Both the position numbers and the translations under genes were made by a program. This document shows, in pieces, positions 22,649 through 32,033 of a DNA stretch of 64,000 bases. Below the pieces are notes generated by a model. That model saw only the letters and a list, made by a program, of their open reading frames with translations, was not told the DNA's origin and did no database searches. Origin of the DNA: an uncultured delta proteobacterium. Lineage in GTDB: Bacteria; Desulfobacterota; Desulfomonilia; UBA1062. Numbering within the stretch: the stretch's first letter is position 1; each line of letters starts with the position of its first letter. The stretch is taken from contig CAVVYZ010000009.1 in NCBI GenBank assembly GCA_963752595.1, positions 128,001-192,000 of the forward strand, given 5' to 3'.

Positions 22649-24024
22649 ATGGCACATATACTCATAGTCGAAGACGACATAAATCTGGGTCAGGTCCTTT
22701 TTCAGGAGCTGAAGAAACATAACCATGACGTGGAGCTCGTAGAAAACGGAGAGGCTGCACTCGCGCGGGTCAACAAATACATATACGACCTCATGCTTAC
22801 CGACCTGAAATTGCCGGGCATGGACGGCATTGAACTGCTCAAGAAGGTAAAAACTACCAATCCCAGTCAACCATTGTGATCGTCATGACCGGTTATGCTT
22901 CGGTGGATACCGCTGTGGTGGCTATGAAGAACGGGGCACAGGACTTCATCCAGAAACCTTTCGGCCTGCAGGAAATCACCCAGAAGATAGATGACTCCCT
23001 TGCCATCAAACGGATGAAGAACGAGATCGACTATCTCCGCCATGCCCAGGAAGATATCATTTACCGCACTACGGACATCATCGGGGAGAGCCCTTCGCTG
23101 AGAAAGGTGCTCAAGATGGTGGAGAAAGTGGCAAAGGCTGACTCCACCGTGCTCATAACCGGTGAGACCGGTGTAGGCAAAGGACTCGTAGCCGGGGCGA
23201 TCCATCACAACTCCAACCGGGGCAATAATAATTTTGTTCAGGTCAACTGCGCCGCGTTGCCCCATAACATCCTGGAAAGCGAGCTTTTCGGACATGAAAA
23301 GGGGCCTTTACCGGGGCAATAAAAACGAGAACCGGCAGGTTTGAGCAGGCCAACATGGGCACTATCTTCCTCGATGAGATCGGGGACATGGATATCGCCC
23401 TCCAGTCGAAAATATTGCGGGTCCTTGAAGAACGCGAGTTCGAAAGAGTCGGGGGAGAGAAGACCATCAAGGTTGATGTACGGGTCGTCGCTGCTACCAA
23501 TCAGGATATTCACACCCTGGTTCAGCAGGGTAAATTCCGAGAAGACCTTTATTACCGGATCAACGTGGTCAACATCGATATCCCACCTATCCGGCAGCGA
23601 AAGGAAGATATAGAGCCCCTTGTCCGCTATTTCATAAGGAAATATTCTATCGAATTCAAAAAACCGGATATGGATATCGACCCCTATGCCCTTGAATGTC
23701 TGATCGATTATGACTGGCCTGGAAACGTCCGCGAAATCCGCAACTGCATCGAACGCGCAGTCCTTCTGACCGAAGGGAACATCATCCGACATGCAGGATA
23801 TTTCCATCCATACAGGAGCCCAGGGCGGAAACCGGCACGAAGAGAATACATGCGTCTCTCATCGCTAGCCGTGAACTGAAAAAGAGAGTATCCTCGATGC
23901 CCTGAGAAAGAACGATTGGATACAGAAGGACGCTGCAGATACCTTAGGGATCAGCAAACGGGTAATCCACTATAAGATCAAGAAGTACGGTATCACCCAC
24001 CCCAGATGGATTAAAAACCGATAA
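22649..24024 (+). CDS. Sigma-54-dependent response regulator (NtrC/AtoC-like), frameshifted
   Basis: Receiver (VEDD, TDLKLPGMDG), GETGVGK, ESELFGHEKG(AFTGA), FLDEIG, FREDLYYRIN, WPGNVRE, Fis-type HTH ending GITHPRWIKNR. Confidence 0.92.
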
Positions 24025-25867
24025 TATCAACGAACAGAGACGTTACATCAGGATCCAGTGATTTTCCGGCCATGGAACACAACTCTCTCAATGCCTGCTC
24101 GTGGCTCAGCTGAAAACGGTACAGCCTCGGGGTCGTTATGGCGTTGAAGGTATCGACGACCCGCATCGCCCTTGCACTGATGGGGATATCATCACCTTTG
24201 AGCCCCCTGGGATATCCGCTCCCGTCGACGTTTTCATGGTGATACATGAGGATCTCTTCGTTAAGATCGAGTACCTTGACATCCTTGAGCATCCTTGTCC
24301 CTATGAAGGTGTGGGAATTGATTTTGTTCTGGTCAAAGGGTGTGATTTCACCCTTGGTGAAGATGGATGACGGAATCCCCAGATAGCCGATATTTGCAGC
24401 CAGGGCCGAATTTGCCCACTGTGCCGCCTGGGTCTCCCCCTTGCCCATTTCCTTTGCCAGGGTAAACATCTGGTCGGCGACCTTGATGGAATAGCCCATG
24501 GGATACCCTGCTCTGAGATCGCTCAAGATCGATGTCGTCGTGAGAATGCCCAGGTACCAGTTGCGGATATCCGGATCAAAGCCCAAGGCAACTGCCCATG
24601 CAGGCGTGATATAGGTGATAACCCATTCATAAATGTCGTCGGAAAGGCCTTCATGAACGAGATAGCCGAGATCGTTTCCCTGCCAGCTCACCAGGGCTCC
24701 GGGCGGTTCGTACCGAATGGAAATATCATCTGCCTGGCACTGGATCCGAAGCAGATCCAGCAGCTCGTTGAGGGTTTCGATATGAGGTCCGGAGCAGAGG
24801 ATCTTTTTCATTCTCAGTTCCAGAGAGAGATTGGTCTGCTTCAAAGCCCCTGTCTGGGAATACCGCGCCATGTGGATGCCTTTTTTCTTTGCATGTGACA
24901 GGGCCTGATGCGCGATGTTGATGAGCCCTTTCGCATCCTGGGCTTCATCCGGCAAGGTCGCTATCCCTATGGTCATGTTATTTGCAAGGTCTGCGCCGAG
25001 ATTCAATGTTGCATTGTGCAGGGCTGTTATCGCATCCTGAGGGGAGCAGCCGGGGAGGATCACGAAAAAACTCAACTCCTCATAGCGGATCACCTTGTCA
25101 TAGCGCCTGAGGCCGTCCTGTATTCTTTTCGCCAATGTCTTTAGTGTCCTCACGCCTTCGGGGATATGCTGATAGAGCCCGAACTTGTCCCTGTCCCCTA
25201 TTTCAATGATTGCAACGCTTGTGGGAAACGACAGGCGCTTGGAAAGCTCCTCATACTGGTGAAGGACATCCAGGATTACATGCCTCTGGGGAATATCCAT
25301 ACGCAGATCCAGAGCTTCATCATAATCCGGTGCCGGGCTGATAACCTTCTGGAGGATATTTTCGGAGCCGAGGAGCAGATGCTTTATCAGAATGATATCG
25401 TTGATATCGAAGCATTGCCCCGTCTTCCGGTAGAGTTCGAGACACCCGATAATCTTGGTATCCCTGTATATCGGCAACGCGATCATGGAATGGAACATGA
25501 TCGGCAGCTCATTGTTCTCGAGCCCTGTCTCGCTTACATCCGTGATCAGGATCGGCTTTGCCTTGTCCCTGATAACGGAAGTGAAGACATTGCCCTTCTC
25601 TATCTTCTCGGGTATCTCCCCTGCAATCCTCTGCAGAACCATGCATCCTGCGGTGACCAGACATATACGAGGGCCATGTCGAAGGACGTAATGTGCTCTA
25701 CGAAATTGAGAAAAAGATCGGATAACTTCTCTACGCGGACATCCACCTCCGAGAGCAGGGATACCTGGAAGAGTAGCGGGATAGACCCGAGCATTCTGCT
25801 TAATGAAGTCAGGGGTAAGCTCCAGGGTCTGATCAATAACACAATTAGTCAATCTATCAATGCACAT
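24011..25867 (-). CDS. GAF + degenerate GGDEF + degenerate HD-GYP protein
   Basis: GAF (HSMIALPIY), RRYDKVIRYEELSF, HHENVDGSGYPRGLKG; two apparently compensating frameshifts near the 5' end. Confidence 0.82.
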   Translation of the reverse strand: MCIDRLTNCVIDQTLELTPDFIKQNARVYPATLPGIPALGGGCPRREVIRSFSQFRRAHYVLRHGPRICLVTAGCMVLQRIAGEIPEKIEKGNVFTSVIRDKAKPILITDVSETGLENNELPIMFHSMIALPIYRDTKIIGCLELYRKTGQCFDINDIILIKHLLLGSENILQKVISPAPDYDEALDLRMDIPQRHVILDVLHQYEELSKRLSFPTSVAIIEIGDRDKFGLYQHIPEGVRTLKTLAKRIQDGLRRYDKVIRYEELSFFVILPGCSPQDAITALHNATLNLGADLANNMTIGIATLPDEAQDAKGLINIAHQALSHAKKKGIHMARYSQTGALKQTNLSLELRMKKILCSGPHIETLNELLDLLRIQCQADDISIRYEPPGALVSWQGNDLGYLVHEGLSDDIYEWVITYITPAWAVALGFDPDIRNWYLGILTTTSILSDLRAGYPMGYSIKVADQMFTLAKEMGKGETQAAQWANSALAANIGYLGIPSSIFTKGEITPFDQNKINSHTFIGTRMLKDVKVLDLNEEILMYHHENVDGSGYPRGLKGDDIPISARAMRVVDTFNAITTPRLYRFQLSHEQALRELCSMAGKSLDPDVTSLFVDIIGF

Positions 25868-25912
25868 GATGCTACTCGAGCACCTCCGTTGTAGAATCTT
25901 CAACAGATGAGG

Positions 25913-26044
25913 TCAGATCACCCTTTTATATTGCATGCCATTCCAATAGGCTTCGTATTCCCTGCATGCCCTCTTCAGACCGGAGAGCCCTCGAATCCCA
26001 AGCCTTTCAAGCTGTTCAAGAATCTCTCTGCGAGTAAGCCTCAT
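25913..26044 (-). CDS. Small hypothetical protein (43 aa)
   Basis: GAGG RBS then MRLTRREILEQLERLGIRGLSGLKRACREYEAYW; directly upstream of the GAF-GGDEF-HD-GYP gene. Confidence 0.55.
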   Translation of the reverse strand: MRLTRREILEQLERLGIRGLSGLKRACREYEAYWNGMQYKRVI

Positions 26045-26297
26045 CACTATCCTCACCACTGTAGTCTTGTACTCCAAAGTGTGCAAACATGGTGCCATAG
26101 ACAATCACCTATGAAATGCAATACTATTACATAGACGTTATAAAATCATATCCTGAATATTATCATGGGCATTTTTAGGAAAAAAAGAACTTTTGTTACT
26201 CTTTATAAGAAAGAAATTACATACTGTTTCTGGGCATATTCAAAGAAATTTACTCGCATGAATCATGCCTCATTTTGAGTCAATTTCCAGCGCTTGA

Positions 26298-27841
26298 TCA
26301 CCGGAGAGAAAACCTCATACCCATAATCCAGAGCATGGCCGAAATATAATGCCGCCGCCGAGTGGCGATGGAGCTGAACAGCATGGAAACGCTCAGACTG
26401 ACAATCCGCCCGCCCAGAACTTCATATGCAGAAAACAGCAGAAGGCCGGCACCCATGACCAGGGAAGCACCGAGCATTTGCACTATCTTGACCCAGATCT
26501 CCCGGGGCAGCGAATCCCCTCCCGGGAATGATCCGGTACATGATGATCATCTGAACCGCCACCGAGATGCTGCTTGCCAGTGCGATGCCGCCGAATGCCC
26601 CATGAACGGCATGAGGGCTACGCTGAAGAGCGCATTGATGACAAGGCTGATCCAGGCCGTCTTCACCACCGCCTTGGGCTGCTGCATGGCATACAGGGTC
26701 TGGGTGAGTATCCTCGAACAGCCCACAGCGCATCAGACCCACGGCATACATCTGGAGGGCAAAGGCCGTGGCCAGAACATCTCCATCCCAAAAGCCCCTC
26801 GCATGAAGAGGACTGCGAAGATCGGCTCTGCAAGGACCAGCATCCCGATGGTGGCAGGGATGGTGAAGATCAGCACCGCGATCATGGAATCCCCGGTGAG
26901 CGCTGACAGCCTTTCATGATCCGATCGTGCATATGCGGTGCTCATGGCCGGAAGCATCACATTGCTCACGGAAAAGGCGAACAGTCCCAAGGGAAGCTCC
27001 AGGATGCGGCTCGCAGTAGTAGAGATACGAAACGCTTCCGGTGGTAAGGAGCGATGCGAGCAGGGTCCCGATGAACACATTCAGCTGGTAGACCGAGGCG
27101 CCGATAGCGGCAACGCCCATGAGCTTCAGGACCTGCTTGAGCCGGGGATGGTAGAAGTCTGCCGTAAACCGCAGAGGGACCTTCATGATCTTGATAGGGG
27201 ATCATCTGCAGGAGGATCTGGGCGATACCCCCCAGGATCACGCCCCAGGCAAAGGCATCCTCCGGCTGTCTGAAAACCGGGGAACAGCGACATAGCCTAC
27301 ACGGGAACGCCGATCATGAAGATATTGAGGAGAATCGGGCGCAGCCTGCAGGCGCGGTGAAATGCCCCAGTGAATTGAGGACCCCCATGAGGAGTGCCGC
27401 GATCCCGATCAGCAGGATGAAGGGGAACATGATGCGGGTGAGATGAACCGCGATATCAAAGGCTATCCTGTCTTTCAGAAAACCCGGCGCCATGGCGGCC
27501 ACCATGGCCGGAGAGAGGATCTCGCCGATAATGACCACGGCGATCAGGGCATAGAACATGAAGGTGAAGATATCCCGGGTGAGCTCGAAGGCCTTTTCCA
27601 GATGCCGTCCTTTTCCCTTGACTTCCGTAAAGACCGGGATAAAGGCAACGCTGATGGCGCCTTCCGCCATGAACCTGCGCAGGAGATTGGGAATCCTGAA
27701 GGCAACGATAAACGCATCCGCTACAGGATGCCGGCGCCCAGGATCCAGGCCATGACCATGTCCCGGACAAAACCCAGGATACGGCTGATGCCGGTAAGCC
27801 CTCCGACAGCGGCGATATTCTCTGAACGCGCTTTTCTTCAT
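26298..27841 (-). CDS. murJ: Lipid II flippase MurJ, split by many frameshifts
   Basis: SRILGFVRD, ADAFIVAFRIPNLLRRFMAEGA, RILELPLGLF, FMRGAF, GGIALASSIS in alternating frames. Confidence 0.9.
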
Positions 27842-27871
27842 CCTTTAGGGCCACACGGAGGCGGCTCACTT

Positions 27872-28583
27872 TCACGATATATTTCTTATTTTGCCCTTAC
27901 CTCGGCACGAACATGGATGGTTTTTTTCGGGAGATAGGAAAGATCCGTTTCCAGATTCACATTCCCGCCGACAAAACCCATCCGATTGCCCAGGAGAAAA
28001 CTTGATATCGTGATTTTCCTGGACTGTCCCGGCTTCAGGTAAAAGGATCAGCGGCACAGCGAAGAGCTCAGGCGGCGTTGCCTCGATCTTGGTTATTTTT
28101 AAGGGTTTCTTGCTCACGTTTTCTACGATTACTCGCGGCTTTCGCTGTCTGGCCCTGGAGGATCTACCGAAATTCATCAGCCTGGGAGATACTTTCAGTG
28201 TCTCGAAGACCGGGCCTTCATGGTAAGGACGATTAGATCCTCCTTCGGATCGTTTGTTTCGATCTTTATCTCTTTAAAGAGGTCTGCCGTGTATGCATAG
28301 GTGGACATCTTCACGATGATCTTCCTCGCTTCGCCGGGTGCAACGGTCTGCCCGCCCGGGGCAGATATCTCGACACCTCAACACGGCCTCACTTTGAAGG
28401 TAAGGGGCTCATCACCGAATTCTTCAGGTGGAACACATTGGATATTTCTTTTCCCTGAGGGACTTCTCCCGCATCGTATGCGGTATTCTGGATAAACGCC
28501 TCGGGTGCGCAATGAGAAACCTGGGGGAATAAGAGGAACAGCAGAAGAATCAATCCCCCACCCAATCCGGATAATCTCTTCAT
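27872..28583 (-). CDS. Secreted DUF1573 (Ig-like) domain protein, probable selenoprotein, with indels
   Basis: GGAGG RBS, signal peptide, YDAGEVPQG, FHLKNS(G)DEPLTFKVRPC-UGA-GVEISAPGGQTVAPGEARKIIVKMST...KEIKIETNDP; 3' end approximate. Confidence 0.75.
28337..28377 (-). promoter_or_regulatory. Candidate bacterial SECIS element
   Basis: Immediately 3' of UGA (28378-28380): GGUG-N8-UCUGCCC-CGGGC-GGGCAGA-N6-CACC; 7-bp upper stem starts 12 nt after UGA, G at loop position 2. Confidence 0.65.
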
Positions 28584-28698
28584 TGTCTCACCTCCGTAGC
28601 TCGAGCTATCACAATTCCAAACACGTTTCCAGACGTATTTGGAGGGCGGATCGCTTCCTGCTGTTGACTTTTCCCTGCCCACAGAATAGATCGTTACT

Positions 28699-29127
28699 AT
28701 GCGCGGTAAATTGGAACAACCGAGAGGGCTCATCGAACTGATCTCCGTAGAAGTGGAACGCATCGACAGCGAGTATGGAGAGTTCTGGCTCAGCTATGAA
28801 TACAGCTGCCCTGCAGGGCAATACAAATCCGCAATGGTACTGCCGATATTCAACTCAAAGGAGATGACGAACCAGTTCTTCAAGGAATTCATGAACGAGG
28901 CACGGCATCTCTCCGAGATGGAAAGCAACGAGGTATGCGCCGTGGGATTCAATGTTGCAAACAAGATCAACAGCATGCTCCCCATCAAAAATCTCTGCCA
29001 GCGGGTGATAGAAGTGCTCCAGTCGCCCGAGCCTCTCAACGAGAACCGGGAATACATCGACCTGTGCTCCTCGGGATTTCATTTCAAGGAAGCGGGAAAA
29101 AGCCTCTCCGTCCATGGGGTTCGATGA
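28699..29127 (+). CDS. Hypothetical protein (possibly the N-terminal part of the next gene)
   Basis: 142-aa ORF with protein-like composition overlapping the next ORF by 14 nt. Confidence 0.6.
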   Translation: MRGKLEQPRGLIELISVEVERIDSEYGEFWLSYEYSCPAGQYKSAMVLPIFNSKEMTNQFFKEFMNEARHLSEMESNEVCAVGFNVANKINSMLPIKNLCQRVIEVLQSPEPLNENREYIDLCSSGFHFKEAGKSLSVHGVR

Positions 29128-29839
29128 GCGTTTCAAGACTTTCATGAACCGGGCCCGGGACAAGATGGAACAGGGATACTACACCATCGCTGCGGACGAT
29201 CTGGAAAAGGCGAATATCCTTTGCTCCACATCCCCGCTGATTTATAAGCTCATCGGCATCTGCCACCGGGAACTCGGCCACCTCGACCTTGCACTCGAGA
29301 TGTTCTCCAAGGCCCTTGACTCCGGCGACAAGGAAAAGGATACCTATCTCTATCTTGCGGAAATCAACTTTTTCCTGAACAATATGGAGGAGGCCCAGCG
29401 TTTCCTCGAAATGATGCTCAAGGAATATCCCGATGACATCCGGGCCCTGGTGGAGTTGGCAAACATCAGGTATCAGATGGATCAGGAGTACACCGATATC
29501 CTTGACCGCGCCTTTTCCCTCGACAGGGAAGGAACACAGAAGAGCATCCTCCAGACGTTCGTTTTCAAAAAGGTCGGGTACACGAAGCACAAGAAAACCT
29601 CCATCGAGAAGGCGGCCCTTCTCCTCCAGATTCCGGAACAGACGATACGTCTGCTTGCATCGAGTAATCGCGTCCCGGCACGGACTTTTCCCGAGAACGA
29701 TGAAATGATCCTCGATGAACATGAGCTCAAGTCATGGGCTTTCGTATACAGGAGATATTACTTGCTTGAAGATGAAATCCAGAGAGTTTCAGCTAACCCT
29801 GCAGCAAATAAAAATCAGGGCATGGCTGTTCTGCCCTGA
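29114..29839 (+). CDS. TPR protein with C-terminal excisionase-like (HTH_17) domain
   Basis: TPR helices (IYKLIGICHRELG, YLYLAEINF); SIEKAALLLQIPEQTIRLLASSNRVPA...LDEHELKSW. Confidence 0.7.
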   Translation: MGFDERFKTFMNRARDKMEQGYYTIAADDLEKANILCSTSPLIYKLIGICHRELGHLDLALEMFSKALDSGDKEKDTYLYLAEINFFLNNMEEAQRFLEMMLKEYPDDIRALVELANIRYQMDQEYTDILDRAFSLDREGTQKSILQTFVFKKVGYTKHKKTSIEKAALLLQIPEQTIRLLASSNRVPARTFPENDEMILDEHELKSWAFVYRRYYLLEDEIQRVSANPAANKNQGMAVLP

Positions 29840-30533
29840 GGACTCCTTCCGGGGTCTTCGCCCTGTTGTCTTATTCTGTCATGGTATCCCGGGAGGGAGT
29901 CCCGACCCGAGCGACAGGGGTTATCTGGACATGGTGGAAGAGCTTGCCCTGGACGGGTATTGCTGCGTTACCTTCAATTTCCGCGGGTGCGGGTTCTCCG
30001 AAGGCAGCATAGATATGCGGGGCTGGTATGACGATCTTGCCGCAGTTGCGGACAAAGTCATTGACACGCCGGGCATTGATCCTGCTGCCGTACACTGCGT
30101 GGCTTTCTCCGCCGGAGGGGCCATTGCTGCAAAATTCGCTTCCAGGGAAAAGCATTTCAAGAGCCTGCTGCTCATGGCTACGCCTGCTGATTTCCGCGAT
30201 ATCCTCCCAGATGACCCCGGGCTCTTGAGGCAGCACTTCCGGAAGATCGGGATTATCAGGGATGAGCATTTTCCCCCCGATCTCAAGGCCTGGCATCAGG
30301 ATTTCCTTGCCCTCGAGCCGGCCGGATGGCTTCCCTTTGTCTCGCCCCGCCCGGTGGGCATCGTGCATGGGGACAAGGACGAGACGGTTCCGCCAGGGCA
30401 CGCCCGCAAGCTCTTTGCCGCTGCGTGTCATCCCAAGAAGATCACCATGGTGGAGGGCGCAACCCATCACCTGAGAAAGGATCCAAGGACTGTCCGCATC
30501 ATCAGGGACTGGCTGAAAAAGGGTGCAGGATAA
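29772..30533 (+). CDS. Alpha/beta hydrolase
   Basis: LFCHG, FNFRGCGFSEG, AFSAGG nucleophile elbow, HGDKDETV, ATHH. Confidence 0.9.
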   Translation: MKSREFQLTLQQIKIRAWLFCPEDSFRGLRPVVLFCHGIPGGSPDPSDRGYLDMVEELALDGYCCVTFNFRGCGFSEGSIDMRGWYDDLAAVADKVIDTPGIDPAAVHCVAFSAGGAIAAKFASREKHFKSLLLMATPADFRDILPDDPGLLRQHFRKIGIIRDEHFPPDLKAWHQDFLALEPAGWLPFVSPRPVGIVHGDKDETVPPGHARKLFAAACHPKKITMVEGATHHLRKDPRTVRIIRDWLKKGAG

Positions 30534-30549
30534 AAAATCGGGGCTCCCT

Positions 30550-31221
30550 ATGAACGAGCATACTTTTGAAAACAATTTTTACTATCCTATTTTCATCGAC
30601 TTACGGGGCAGGACCGTGACAGTAGTCGGAGGAGGTCTCGTCGCCTGCAGGAAAGTCGAGGGACTGCGCAAGACCGGCGCCCACGTCAAGGTGATCGCAC
30701 CTGACATCATGAGCGGGATCTCTCAAGACAGCGAAGTAGAGATACTTCGCAGAGACTACATACCCGAGGACCTGGAGGGAGCCTGCCTCGTCATCGCAGC
30801 AACCGACGATGAGACAACGAACATTGCGGTGAGCCGGGACGCCCGTTTAAGGAACATCTTCTGCAACGTCGTGGACAAGCCGGAACTGTGCAGCTTCATC
30901 GTCCCCTCTGTCGTAGAGAAGGGCCCCATCAGGATCGCCGTCTCCACCGGAGGGGTTTCTCCTACCCTTTCAAAAAAATTGAGGGTCGAGCTCGACAAGT
31001 TCCTGGGGCAAGAATATGCAACGCTGGCGCTCGTCATGGGGAAAATCAGATCGCTGGTACTCTCCGGAGAGGGAGGCTTTCAAAGTCACAAAATGATATT
31101 CGACGTACTGATCAACTCCGAGCTCATCGATGCGATCCGGGAGCAGGACAGGCACCTCGCCGAGGAGATCCTCTATGACGCCCTCGGAGAACATATCGAC
31201 CTTTCGGAGCTCATACCATGA
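30550..31221 (+). CDS. sirC: Precorrin-2 dehydrogenase/sirohydrochlorin ferrochelatase (SirC/Met8p-like)
   Basis: YYPIF, VVGGGLVACRK, NVVDKPELCSFIVPS, AVSTGGVSP. Confidence 0.92.
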   Translation: MNEHTFENNFYYPIFIDLRGRTVTVVGGGLVACRKVEGLRKTGAHVKVIAPDIMSGISQDSEVEILRRDYIPEDLEGACLVIAATDDETTNIAVSRDARLRNIFCNVVDKPELCSFIVPSVVEKGPIRIAVSTGGVSPTLSKKLRVELDKFLGQEYATLALVMGKIRSLVLSGEGGFQSHKMIFDVLINSELIDAIREQDRHLAEEILYDALGEHIDLSELIP

Positions 31222-32033
31222 CCGCGTCTGCCGTGGTTCTGTCCTATATCCTTTCGAGCATCGGGTTCATCGGATATCTCTTCTGGAGGAGGCCGCTCGT
31301 GGTGATCATTTCCCGTATCCTGTTCGGGATCAGCGTGGCTCTGCACTTCTTCCTGCTCATCATGCTGGCCGGGCAGGCCGGGCAGCTTCCCATTCTCTCT
31401 CCTGCCCAGGCGGCAAATATGATGATCTTCCTCTCTTCACTGGTCTTCATCTTCTTTGTGTATAAACGATCCACCGCTGTTCTGGGCGCCTTCTTCGTGC
31501 CTGTCGCAAGCTTCTGTTTAAGCCTGATTGCGCCTTCTCTCCAGACAGGACATGGAACCTCTTTTGCATTTTCCCGGATCTGGTATCCCCTGCATACCCT
31601 GACCGTCATCAGCGGAGAGGCATTGTTTGCCGTGGCATTTGTCGTATCCGTGGTCTACCTGGTCCATGATTCCGTCATCCGGAAGGGAAAGATCCATACA
31701 GCAGTCTCGAGCTTGCCTCCCTTGAGAATGCTGGATAAGATCCTCACCGTGTGTTTGAGCACCGGGTTCGTAGCCATAACCGCCGGGATGATGTTCGGCG
31801 CTCTCTGGGCGTCGAGCCTGGGAGTTGATTTCGCCCATTTAGCCGCCAAGGCCTCGGCCGGCGCAGCAACGTGGTTCGTCTTCGCATTCAGCATCCACCA
31901 GCGGTTCGCCATCGGATGGGCAGGCAGAAGGACGGCGATCATCACGATAGCGGGATTCATCCTCATGGTCCTCCTGTTCGTTATCCTGAACCTGATGTTC
32001 CCTGAGGTACACGGCATAAGGCTTACGACATGA
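31218..32033 (+). CDS. ccsA: Cytochrome c biogenesis CcsA-like membrane protein
   Basis: About 8 TMs, WYPLHT, LPPLRMLDK, GMMFGALWA, GWAGRR, terminal His; typical position before hemA. Confidence 0.82.
   Translation: MTASAVVLSYILSSIGFIGYLFWRRPLVVIISRILFGISVALHFFLLIMLAGQAGQLPILSPAQAANMMIFLSSLVFIFFVYKRSTAVLGAFFVPVASFCLSLIAPSLQTGHGTSFAFSRIWYPLHTLTVISGEALFAVAFVVSVVYLVHDSVIRKGKIHTAVSSLPPLRMLDKILTVCLSTGFVAITAGMMFGALWASSLGVDFAHLAAKASAGAATWFVFAFSIHQRFAIGWAGRRTAIITIAGFILMVLLFVILNLMFPEVHGIRLTT

Noticed and set aside
20157-23900. Programmed frameshifting or phase variation in coaBC, the MBL hydrolase and the sigma-54 regulator
   Set aside because: Too many shifts, in short runs, across unrelated adjacent genes; pattern fits sequencing indels
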